DNA from: Sphaeroforma arctica JP610
Taxonomy: Eukaryota
Length of the DNA stretch: 51,653 nucleotides
Direction: 5' to 3'
Assembly (NCBI RefSeq): GCF_001186125.1
Contig: NW_014040537.1
Span: forward strand, 118,971 to 170,623
In this document: positions 11,180 through 22,865 of the stretch, in pieces
Position numbering within the stretch: position 1 is the stretch's first letter
How the letters are laid out: every line of letters begins with the position of its first letter
The notes under the pieces: model-generated
Told to the model about the DNA's origin: nothing
The model's input: the letters and a program-made list of their open reading frames with translations, nothing else
Database searches by the model: none
Translations under genes and position numbers: made by a program

Positions 11180-13700
11180 CAACAACAATCTGCCATCTGA
11201 TTGTCCTGGTCTGGGACATGTATGATGGAGAAGTGGTGGTGGTATATTTCTGCTATTTATTTGGCTAGCATTGGGTGTAACGTCTGTTGGCTGTTTATTT
11301 GCGTAAGCGCTTTATGATCTGTCCTTAGCGTCATATCCTTTCCTTTGGTGTATTCAGATAAATGTTCCGGGCTATATATCAGTACTAGTAGCGTTTTTAG
11401 TGTTTGTTCCATAACGTTGTTGTGCTAAATTTAAGCGTTTGAAGAAGTAGAGAATATCTCTCCTGAATCTATCAATGACTTGAAATAAACATACTCTCTG
11501 ACCCGCAGGTCACCAGTGTAAAACGGACTACCCAATTTCAAAACCCCACAGACCCCACCAATAAGTCACATACTAGACCTGGAATGTAGAATTTATTTTT
11601 GTTTTTAAACAAAAAATCCAGTTGGGACCCACAGCCACCATTGGTGGGCCAGGACAAACCCCCAACTAAGACGTTCGTCACCAAGGACTCCTTGCCCAAT
11701 GACCAATGGAAATTGGACTTACAAATATCTATCACATACCTCTCTGCCCAGGTCAATACTCTACAGGCCAATCTCAACCAAATGTCAGGACCGGCTCTAC
11801 CAAACCCGAACAATGATGGGCCCATTTCCAAGAAGCCTCTAGCTGACGACCAATGGAAATTAACCATGCATCGTGTCAAGGTGAACAACCTCGAATCCGA
11901 ACTCCGGGACCCAAAATACCAAACTTGGGCACCTCTAAATGAAGGCACACCCCACACCATCCGAATCGGCTCCACAAGCCCGCCTGCCCCGCCAGCAAAA
12001 AGACCGCGGCCGAAGGCACCCAATAGCAGCAGTGAGCCTCCCAGCTACTGCTCAAAAGTGGACAACCCCGCAAACCCGAGCCCCAAAAAACGTTCGACCA
12101 CACCAGCTTCTCAACCCCTACTGCAGCTGCCAGTACCCACACACCTTTTGGCAGAAGTGATGGGCTACCCGATGCCGGACAAAACTCTCCACGAAATGGA
12201 TGACGTAACTCCGGTATGGCTCTTCTTTCGGGCAATTTTTCCTAATGGCAAGCCTCCATACCAATAAGAAATTGAAAATTACTGGCACGCCCAACCGTAC
12301 CTCAATCGTGATCACTTCCTTTGGTATCTCCCGTCTAAACCGATTTCTTAACTAAATCGCCACATCGTCCCGGGAGTTCCACCAGTTTCGTCCGCCTTTG
12401 TGTTCCTAGTGACGCTGTTGCCCAGGTGAAACAACATGCAACACTTACGTAGAAATGACAGTTTGATAAAACTATCGACCCACGCTTCAAACACTGTCCC
12501 GACTCTACGAAAGAAGCTTTAATCCACTATCTTCATACCAAGCGGGAAGCTCGCTGCACACATGAACGAGCGCCAAATGTTCTTGCCCGCAGCATGGATG
12601 CTCTATTGAACCCCCTTGTCAACTCCACTTGTAACTTATCTCTTTTGAAATAAATAATATTATCCCTATGCCGTAGTTACTAGCGTCGTTCATGATTTGG
12701 AACGGTACCCCATCTACAGGGTATGCTAGTGTCGCCGAACATGCGATAGCTTCTTTGAGTTCTTCCCACTCCTTTTTCAGTTCCGGTGTTCATATGTTTC
12801 ATTTTTCCTTTCATTTGGTTCCGGAAGTGTTTAGTTGTGTGGACAAAGTGGACATGGTCGCGCATATAACTCGTGAGTCCCACCGCTTTGTGCAGATCTC
12901 GTTTTGTTATGGGTAATGGCCAGTCCATTATTATTTTATGTTTTTTAGTATCCGCTTTGAGCCCTTGTGTGGTGACTTTTACACCTATAATGTTGACCAC
13001 TTTGACCGCGAAGGCATATTTGTTGTAATTAAGTCTGAAGTTTGCTCCATTCAACCGTTTGAATACTTTTCGAACTGTCTTGCGGTGTTTTCTGTAAGAC
13101 TTGCAATGACTGTGTCATCGACATACACTTGTACTCATTTGATGTCTATAGGTAAGTTTGCCATGACTCTCTCGAGTTGTGCTATGAGTTGAGTGTAGGC
13201 CAAATGGTTCTGACTTGAATGAGTATTGCGCTCCTCTCCACGAGAACGTGAAGAAGTGTTGGCTTGCTTCGTCTACTAAGAAGTAGTGGAGCCCCCCATG
13301 AGATCTAGCTTGGAGAAGAATAGTGCACCTTGTATGTTGTGCAATACTTCCTTTTTTTTTGGTAGCACGAAATTATCACGTTCATATTGTTATTTGATCT
13401 CACGCAAGTCTAAACATGTACTTACTTTTTTGAGGAGACCTGTTTGGTCATGTTCAACCGTTGATAACAGCGGTAAATTTACCGTTGTTCGTATAGTTCG
13501 TTTGTATTTGTGGCCGTCTGTAAATCACCTCTTCACATTTTCATCCGTTTGTGGGGTATACTTGTGTGGTACGAAGTTTACATTGGCGTGCCTCGTTTGT
13601 CTTATTACTTTCATTTGTGGGTACTGTGACTGTAGAACCTGGTAGGTTACAATGTTGTGTTGGTATCTAAGAGGTCTGCAAACCTTCTTGCTCATGCTCT
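11180..13700 (-). pseudogene. RT and RNase H of element C, interrupted by an insertion at about 11497-12664
   Basis: FSKLDL, FTFSW, PFGL, YVDD (13114-13125), DWPLP, NDASNYGIG then (after the insert) VCLFQ, TDHKAL, HVP..NQMAD. Confidence 0.85.
11497..12664 (+). mobile_element. Fragment of the same non-LTR family (5' UTR plus ORF1 only) fused to about 35 bp of a family-D LTR end
   Basis: 11599-12267 translation is highly similar to 8355-9284. Homology stops at 12629, where TGTAAC... matching the 1670 terminus begins. Confidence 0.85.
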
Positions 13701-13719
13701 GGGTTTTCCTCATGTGGAT

Positions 13720-14163
13720 TATGTAATGTATCCCACTTCGCATCTGTTGGTATAAGTGGATTTATTAATCCTGCTATGTATATACCTATGTATGGAAGTA
13801 TGTATATACCTAGAACTATTGGTGCCTTCTTGTCAGGTAGGTCCAACACTTCAAACCCCTGAGAGGTTTTCCTTCCTTGGGTTGACCCTGTTCTTCGTAT
13901 TCTAGCGTCTATTTGTGCTAGTTGTATGTGACCCGGCTGTGGTCTGACTGATAGATATGGTTCAGTTACTGTATTTTGTCCATACATGTGCGTTGTGCAC
14001 CGAAGTCTACTAGGGCGTTGTATGTGTTGCCATTGATTTGTATGTCAATGTGTAATTTTTGGTCTCGTGGTGCGGGAAGTAAGGATAAAGGTTGGTAATT
14101 TATATCATCTGCATTTAGTATCATCATTTCTTCATCTGTATTTACATTTAGCCTGTCAGCCAT
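13720..14163 (-). pseudogene. Aspartic protease of element C
   Basis: IQINGNTYNALVDFGAQRT and downstream PIVLG. Confidence 0.75.
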
Positions 14164-14196
14164 GTCAATTATGTTTGCTTCCGCCCACTAGTTGTT

Positions 14197-15300
14197 TCAG
14201 GACTCATCGCTATTTGTTATCTGTTCTACCTTCCCGGAGGTAATTGGTAGTCTAGCTACATGCACATCGTTCTGGACACGCTCCTCCACCTTCTTGTTCT
14301 GATTTGATGCCTTCACAGGACATTGGCTAAATCGATGTGCGGCTGGTGACACCTTACAATAGGAACATGCACGTATTGTCGCTCCTTTCTTCTCATGGGG
14401 TTGTCCTATTGGGTTGGGTTTGTGATTTAGTGGTAGCATCCTGAGGCTGGCTGTGCGTGGCCGCGTGATAATTATATCTCTTGCACTCTCGGTGCATACA
14501 ATCTGCCTGCACCTTGGCTGCTGCTCTTATGATTGCTTAAGTAAGAGAGTGGAACACGGTATGTTTCATATCTGATAAGTGCCCGTCACTTCCATCGGGC
14601 AGTTTGTCTGCTTTAATGATGGCGTCCACTTTCTCTTGCTGTCCAATACACATGAGTGCCTGGTAGCTCGCTACCTTGAGTATTTGCTTGTGTATGGGCT
14701 TTTTGTCCGTGTTTTGGTAGCACTCATCTAACACTTACATCACTCTATGCAACCGCTCTGTGCGTACCTCTACGTTCAGTGCCTTGTTCTCCATGTCATA
14801 GAAACATTTCTAACAGAAAGTCTACTGAATAGTGTCTGAGTTTGTCAATAATAACTCTATTGAATTGCTCAGGATCTTTGTAGTGCTTTGTGATCTGTGT
14901 TTCTGAATCACATACCTCATTGAGTACCCCCTTGGTCTTCTCAGTTGCGTCAGTGGAATCTAATAGATATCTCACTAGCGCTGGATACTAACATAGTGGC
15001 ATAGATTTGGTTACGAACAGGTGTCTATATTGCGTAGTAAACTCTATAGTCTTCACAATTTTCATTTTGAAGTAGCTATCTCTTGGTAACTTCGCAAATT
15101 ATGAGGTCTTTAGTAGTTTCGATGGTGCAGGTTCACTAACCCTATCACCTAAGCGTGAACACATAAGCTCTATCTTGTTAATGTACTGACTGGTTAGAAT
15201 TATATCATCTTCCTCATCGTCACCGCACTCATTGATAGCTTGATCGTATCTCTTTATAGTTCTGCGTCTAATAATGGTATGCAACGTTCTGGTTACTGGT
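14197..15300 (-). pseudogene. gag of element C
   Basis: Fragmented ORFs between the leader and the protease. C-terminal knuckle CSYCKVSPAAHRFSQC. Confidence 0.6.
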
Positions 15301-15404
15301 CATGAATGCCTACTCTCATTTTGTGTAGACTCGCAATGTTAACTGGTGCAGTTCGTTCTAATTTAGCTACAAACCTACTAACTAGAACATAGTTGCCTTG
15401 ACAA

Positions 15405-16462
15405 CTGATTTTGCTATTTCTAGACGCATGGCTGATGCCTGTATGGGCATGCAACCCACCCGGTGATGATTGGCTTGAGCCACTGCCTTGGTTTGTCCTC
15501 CTTGCTGGGCTGTCCCCCCCACCGTCCGTGGCAGCGTCACCCTCTTCACTATCTTACATGTCTGTTCTGGTTCCCGTTGGCATCTTGTGATGTCGGTGTT
15601 GGTGTGCGTGTATTATAAGTTATTAGTAAAGACTTGTGCTAGGTTTGCTGCGAATGAGTGCCTTACTCCCTATTGTCTTTACTAGTTAATTGTATGAAAA
15701 TAAATAAAAATTGAATTTATCTCACTTAGCTTTGTCGTGGTCACGCCTTGCTGCACTCCCAGGGGAAGTGTTTACCGTCCTGTGTTATGCAGTGGCTTGT
15801 TGCGTTCCTTCCTGTGATTGTAAGGTGTATATGGTGTTTGTTAGTTCATCTTATTCAGTCACGCGTGGACTTCCTTGTGCTTATTTTGTCATATGAGAAA
15901 TTATTTCTCACTTGATCTTAACTTGATGTTGGTCCTAGTGACGATGATTTTGTCTATTTCTAGACATATGGCTGATGCCTGTATGGGCATGCAACCCACC
16001 CGGTGTTGATTGGCTTGAGCCACTGCCTTGGTTTGTCCTCCTTGCTGGGCTGTCCCCCGCACCGTCCGTGGCAGCGTCACCCCCTTCACTATCGTACATG
16101 CCTGCTCTGGTTGCCGTTGGCATCTTGAGATGTCTGTGTTGGTGTGCGTGTATTATAGGTTATTAGTAAAGACTTGTGCTATGTTTGCTGCGAATGAGCT
16201 CTTTACTCTGTATGAAAATAAATTAAAATTGAATTTATCTCACTTAGTTTTGTCGTGTTCACGCTTTGCTGCACTCCCAGGGGAAGCGCTTACCGTCCTG
16301 TGTTATGCGGTGGCTTGTTGCGTTCCTTCCTGTGATTGTGAAGTGTATATGGTGTTTGTTAGTTCAGCTTATTCAGTCACTCGTGGACTTACTTGTGCTT
16401 ATTTTGTCATATGAGGAATTATTTTCTCACTTGATCTTAACTTGATGTTGGTCCTAGTGACG
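15405..16462. repeat. Tandem duplication of a ~520-540 bp unit in the element C leader
   Basis: 15405-15942 and 15945-16462 are near-identical; both end GGTCCTAGTGACG. Confidence 0.95.
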
Positions 16463-17086
16463 TCACCGAGGAAGTTCAGTCATATTGACGTCACCTATGA
16501 TGTTCGGTCTCATTGACAGCACCTCTAGTGTATCGTACTTCTTGTGTTTTTTAGTATGCCGTAAACTTTTATATACCGAGCTCTCCTATTTCAGTATGTG
16601 TTTGTCGGTTTGTGCCCTTTTGTACCTGCTACTATCAATATGGTCTTCGTTTTGCTGTTGTTATGTACCTCCTGGTCACTGTGTTTTAATCACACTGAAT
16701 GTTTTACATGTTTTGTACATGAATTCGTCACACCCGTAATTCAACTTGATACGTGTGTGTGTTATTGTGTGATGTCCTCAACTTTAATGTGCGGACTTCG
16801 TTGCACCCTTGATGTATGTCTTAAATCAAGTTGTAAACTTGTGCTGTTCGTCTTGATGTTTGCTGTCAAACTCTGTTGATGCCCATCCTGTGTTGAACAG
16901 TGAGGGTGTGAGGTTGATGCATGTTCTGTTAATTTGTGCATAACTGATTTGAATGTCAATTTTTGGACTGTCAATGGTTATTTGTGTGCCCCCTCACCTT
17001 GTTGATTTGTTCGTCAAATTTGTGTTCAATTACGTAGAGAAGGCTTATTTTTACGGTGGATGTCATATTTTTATATAGTATCGTCT

Positions 17087-17100
17087 TGGTTCGCTTACCA
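17087..17100 (-). other. Primer-binding site of element C
   Basis: Minus strand reads ...AGGTCA-tat-TGGTAAGCGAACC; TGG is complementary to a tRNA CCA end. tRNA identity not determined. Confidence 0.7.
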
Positions 17101-17103
17101 ATA

Positions 17104-17488
17104 TGACCTAGTCTTTTGTGCCACTCTTCGACTGTGCTCGTTGTGAGTTGCGCGGGTGCGTACTGGTCACTGTATAGTATGGAGAGTAGCAGAAAGATAC
17201 GACCAAAGGAAACAATAGACGTCTTCTCAAGTACAATTGTCTCAGCTAGGAATAGTCAAATGCAGGTTAAGATGTCACCAACGCAAATATTAGTATAATT
17301 AAGTCCATAGATTCCCACCAAACTTTCATTTATCGCAAGTAGACTTGACAGACGACCCCATGTCTACTCTAAAAGTATAGTGGTAGTGGGTTCTGATTTC
17401 ACGGGACATATCAGTTCTAATACTTCTGTTCTATACTTGGTGTGGTGGGGCCCATATACAATCTTCATGAATTTCAGAACGGAGGTCA
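17104..17488 (-). mobile_element. 5' LTR of element C (385 bp)
   Basis: TGACCT...AGGTCA perfect 6-bp terminal inverted repeat adjacent to the PBS. Confidence 0.7.
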
Positions 17489-17589
17489 GAGGAGTGCCGA
17501 GGAGACAGGAATAATATGGTCGTTTAACTTAGTTAGTACATAGTTTCTTATGTACATTAACAATATAATAAAGTATATAGTTAACAAAG

Positions 17590-19025
17590 GCGATAGATGC
17601 ATGGTATAGACGCAGGAGATAAATGCATGCGATAGGCAAAAGGCACATGTACCACATCAATAATATAATAAAGTCCATATAATCAAAAACTACAAGTATA
17701 GACACGTGCAAAAAAAAAACTCATGTATAAGAACCATGCGATAGATGCATGCGAAAAACGCAAAATAAAATAAAATGAAGACGAACGAAAGACATGCAAA
17801 AGACTCGTGTATAAAACGAATACGATAGATGCATGCGAATGACGCATGTATAGGAAACATACGATAGATGCATGCGATAGTGTAATAAGCCGGGCCTCCA
17901 CACTAGACTCTATGTATAAACGTACTCTTAAGCAGTACGCAAATTTTAAACGTACTCTTAATAGTACGAGGCACTTAAGTTTCCTAAATGTACTCTTAAT
18001 AGTACGAGGAACTTAAGTGTCCTAAAATGGTTTTTAATGCTTTTATTAATTAAACTTTTCCATTTAACATATTTGGATGAGGCCATTAAAAGGCCTCAGT
18101 AAAATACCAAACCTAAAAGAGTTGATCTAGTTCTATTAATAGAGCTTTATTTACTTTGCAATTTTATTTATATCTGAATACTCCGGTAGCGAGATGGCTC
18201 AACCGAATATAGGTTTCTAGGGACTATTAACGTTACCTAGTTGATCCTCCAATAAGCCAACCATATGTGCCAGTCTGATGAAGGCTAAGTCGGTAATTCT
18301 TGATAGTGGCAAGTTATTGGTTAAGACAATAACTAAGGACGTCAAGAGTAAAATATTTCTTCGTCTAAAGATAGGATTTTAAGAGTCTCTCGGATTCGCC
18401 CCAGAATAGAGCGACAACGAAACACTAAATAAAATCCCTTCGGCGGATACAGTACTGAGAGGATTATATATAGGCAATATCTCAGCCTCACAATCCCTCA
18501 GAGTATTGCTATTTTCACGAGGCAAATCTAAATTTATTGAACGTCTCATTTCGTTTATTTATATCGATATTTACACGATATTTAGAATTTACCTACACGT
18601 TTATTTATTCTAAAGCATTAGTATCGCTTTTATTAGACCGAATCTTACAATAGTCGCATGCGAAAGATGCATGTATAAAACGCATGCGATAGCCGCATGC
18701 GAAATAGGCAGATAAGATGCATACGATAGATGCATGCAAATTACGCGAAAATAAGATTTAGGTGAAAGACGCATAGATAGATGTATACGATAAATGCATG
18801 CAAAAGGCACAAAAATAGGATGCAGGCGAAAGACGCATGCGATAGTCACATACGAAAGACGTATGTACAAGACGCATACTGTATAAGACGCATACGATGG
18901 ATGCATGTTATGGTCGCATTTGAAAGAGACGCATGTGTACAATGCATGCAAAAGCTGTATGCAACCGATGCATACAAAAGACACGAAAAATAAGATGTAG
19001 GCAAAAAACGCATGCAATAGTCGCA
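17590..19025. repeat. Degenerate minisatellite (core GATAGATGCATGCGA / AAGACGCAT), split by LTR insertions; resumes at 25576-25670
   Basis: Many imperfect copies at 17590-17880, 18650-19025 and 25576-25670. Confidence 0.8.
17881..18649 (+). mobile_element. Solo LTR of family B (769 bp)
   Basis: TGTAA...TTACA ends, 4-bp TSD ATAG, homologous to 19308-20565. Confidence 0.92.
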
Positions 19026-19026
19026 T

Positions 19027-19307
19027 ATTTAACGGTTTTTATTAATTAAATACCTTTTCCATTTTACATATCAGATATTTGGACAAGGCCATTAAGAGGC
19101 CCCAGTAAAATACCAAACGTAAGATTTGGTCTAGTTCTATTAATAGAATTATATTTACTTTCTAAATCTATTTATATCTGAATACTTCGGTAGCGAGATG
19201 GCCCAACCGAACATAGGTTTCTAAGGACTATTAGTGTTGCTTAGTTTATCCTCCGTTCAGCCAACCAGATGTGCCAGTCTGATGAAGGCTAAGTCGGTAA
19301 TTCTGGA
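19027..19307 (+). mobile_element. Internal fragment of a family-B LTR
   Basis: Matches about 19421-19699 and the corresponding part of 17881-18649. Confidence 0.9.
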
Positions 19308-20075
19308 TGTAATAGCCGGGCCTCCACATTAGACTCTATGTTATAAACGTACTCTTAAGCAGTACGTAAACTATAAACGTACTCCTAATAGTACGAGGAA
19401 CTTAAGTTTCCTAAATGGGTTTTTAACGGTTTTATTAATTGATACCTTTTCCATTTTACATATCAGATATTTGGACAAGGCCATTAAAAGGCCTCAGTAA
19501 AATACCAAACATAAGATTTGGGTTAGTTCTATTAATAGAACTATATTTACTTTCCAAATCTATTTATATCTGAATACTTCGGTAGCGAGATGACTCAACC
19601 GAATATAGGTTTTTAGGGACTATTAGCGTTACCTAGTTTAACATCCGTTCAGCCAACCAGATGTGCCAGTCTGAAGGAGGCTAAGTAGGTAATTCTTGAT
19701 AAGTGGCAAGTTGCAATAACTATGGACACCAGGAGTTTTTTTCTTTTTTTTCCTTTCTTTTTTTAATTTAATTTAATTTAATTAAATTTTTTATTTTAAA
19801 GATAGGATTTTATGAGTCTCTCGGATTCGCCCCAACGAAACATACCATAGTTTCTAATAGAGCGACAACGAAACACTAGATAAAAATCCCTTCGGCGAAA
19901 ACAGTACTGAGAGGATTATATATAGGCAATGTCTCAGCCTCACAATCCCTCAGAGTATTGCTGTTGCACGAGGCATACCTAACTTTACCAAAAGACTCAT
20001 TTCGTTTATTTTTTTTTCGAATTCCACGATACTTAGACTTAACCTAGGCGTTTAATTACTCCAAGGCGTTAGTAT

Positions 20076-20536
20076 TGTTAGAGTACAATGTAGTAGACTT
20101 CAAATAAAGTGCAAATGTATTTAAAGTAAGGTGCATTCGAATGAATTTATTTATGATCTCACCCTCAGCTATATACTGATGGTGTTTGTACTAATGTTCA
20201 ACCACTTGGGTTGGCCAGGGTAAAAACTCATATGATCAGTATGAGAAACCTTATGCAGAACACTTTAGCACTCGGATATATTTTCTAGAAATATATATAT
20301 CATATTCTCTGTTACTACACTCAGCGAGATCTCGGACCTCGGCTCTCGGCTAGCCGGTGGCCCGTATCCTATAAATAGAATAATCTGAGAAGAAGTCTCA
20401 AATTACTCTTACGTTCTCTCGGACTGACCCACCTATACTTATACTAATTTGAGAACAAGTCCCAAATTACTCTTGGGCTGACGACGTAAAACGTTATTAA
20501 CGTATATAGAAATACGTCTACTACTGTAGTCTCTCA
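20076..20536. mobile_element. Solo LTR (family F, 461 bp) nested in the element B 5' LTR
   Basis: TGTTAGAG...CTCTCA ends with extended imperfect inverted repeats (GTAGTAGAC/GTCTACTAC). 5-bp TSD AGTAT. The host LTR is continuous once it is removed. Confidence 0.85.
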
Positions 20537-20692
20537 AGTATCGCCTTGATAGACCGAATCTTACACATTTTAAAGTTAGCAATGGTAATAACATTTAGAC
20601 TACTTGAACGTAAAGGTAGATAACTACCACGAAATTTTTCCTAAACACAGTCATTCCTTAAGAGAAAAAGACTGAAGTCATAAGTTAAGATT

Positions 20693-22865
20693 ATGACAAA
20701 GAAAGACAATACACCTGCAAAGAGACGCAAGGCTGAACGTAAGAAGATGGAGAGAGAATCCGCTAGCGCTGCAGCAGCTACTGCTGCTGCAGAAGCAACC
20801 GCCGCTGCTGCCGATGCGTTTAACCGCACCGTAGCTGAAGCTCTTGTCTCCGACAATAATAGTCAACAGGACAATGCTTCGGATAAGGATGTAGCCATTC
20901 CGATTAAGGAGACTACTCCTACAGACAGAGCCCGAGGGCCAACTATTGCTTCAACTTCAAAGCTTGCATTTACGAAGCCAGGAAGTGAAACAAGGGACAC
21001 GTCTCAAGACGCCCCAACCAATTCTTCTGACGAAACTCAGAAAGAAAAGTCCCCAATTATAGGGGACAGAGACGAATCTCAGAAGGTACCTATTACCGAA
21101 CCAGAAGAGAAGGTAAGCTCAAGTGGCAACCCCGAATCTACGTCCGAGACCACTGAAATAAGGCGTATAAAGTAAGTTAATTACTGAAAACACTGATCTT
21201 AAAAATCAGTTTGCCATCCTTATAAAAGACATGACTGTTGAACAGGTAGATCGATTGTATAGATCAGGAAAACATGCACAACACTTACGCGAGCATGTTT
21301 CTCCGGGCATTACTGAAGCCCTACAGAAGTGGACAGAACGTCAACATCGAGCGCCACACCTGAGCCAGATGTGCTCAGCGTATCTATACCTTACGAGGTA
21401 CTACCACCAGAACTTGCGGCTAATTACTCACCTGTTCTGACACCCGTCCGTGAGTCACCCGTCCTTGAGGGTATTATAGACCCAGAGGCAGGTAAAAATA
21501 CTCCGCCACCTTTACCCAATTGGGATGCCAATCGTCGGAAACCCGTTAAGACTGGGTATGTTATCCAGACGCATGAATCACCGAAGATTATAATACCAAC
21601 TACTATCCGAGGGACAGAGCACGGAAAGGCCTCGACCATGGACTTTACAAGGAGTAATAAACATTCCCGTAAATGTGTTAACGATGTCGAATTTAATCGC
21701 TTCGATCGCACAGCAATACGCCAGCCAGCAGAGAATTTTTACTCTGACGAGGTGACCGAACTTAATAAACCGGTCGACGAGCACCGAGCTGATGACGTAT
21801 CATATTTTGCTAACATGATCGCGATCAAGCAGAAGTGCATCGATCAGCTACCTTAGGCCCAACGTGGGCAAGAGCACAGGGATAGCCAGAAGTACAAGGG
21901 ACAGATCAGTCGACTTATGTCAAACTGGGATGCCAACAGCAAGCAGGTCGAGTTTATAAACAACCATGACCTCGACACGCTAACCCGTACGGTTAATGCG
22001 TTTACGGTCATGCTGGAGACAAATGATTGCTCCCCAACAATGAATTTCAACTTTAATGCAGTCATTTGACCCTACAGGAACAAGTTACTTGATCCTGCAG
22101 CGACACCAGCGTGAGCTAGACACTTGTCGTGACTGGCCAGCTGTGTGCTGGTTTGTTACGTCCTTATTAAGCAAGGACATGCGCAGTCCAGGACTAAGTT
22201 CCATCTTGACTGAACCATTTGAGAATACTCCTATTCAGAGTTACATTCTGAAACTTGATGCTGATCTAAAACGCCCAGATATAACAAAGGACAAGACGCA
22301 GCGATGGTACGAGCTCCTGGTTATGCATGTATTCTGTAAAAACATAGGGAACAATGACCGTGAAAGTCTACACACCGAGTTTCGACGTAAATACGCTACT
22401 GAGGCTCGAGACAAGGGACATAAAACAAAGTATCATCTATCCCGACTTACGTGGGAACAGTTTTATGACACTGTATTCACTCTTTTCCCCGCACACCGAG
22501 TAACCTCGAAGGGAAAGGCGGTAAATAAGAAACCGCGCGAGCTCACTGATCAAGGATACCTCTCACGCCAGACGTCAGATGATAAACCTCATCAGACGCG
22601 TCCTAACCAGACACGCAATTACACACGACCCAATAAACGGGCACGTGCAGAGGCGAAAGACAAGGAAGCTCCATTTAAGGAGATTAAAAAATGTGCCGAC
22701 GCACTGTGCGGGTATGACATGTACCAAATGACCCCTAACGGTTATTGGAATGGCAGACATGCACCCACCTGTACACACTTTCTTACTAAGTGTGACAAGT
22801 GTGAGAAGACCAATGTCTATCACACCAAGTCGTGCGACAAAAATCCCGACATTAAGTTGGAGTGA
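20693..22865 (+). pseudogene. gag of element B
   Basis: Collinear ORF fragments 20693-21175, 21329-21856 and 22056-22865. C-terminal CDKCEKTNVYHTKSC knuckle. Confidence 0.75.

Larger units (their letters stand above)
9581..17488 (-). mobile_element. Ty3/Gypsy LTR retrotransposon (element C): LTR-PBS-gag-PR-RT-RH-MTase-INT; 3' LTR absent
   Basis: Domain order read on the minus strand; see sub-features. Confidence 0.9.

Noticed and set aside
18265..18305. Hammerhead ribozyme in family-B LTRs (CTGATGA)
   Set aside because: No stem II followed by GAAA, and the 19670 copy reads CTGAAGGA.
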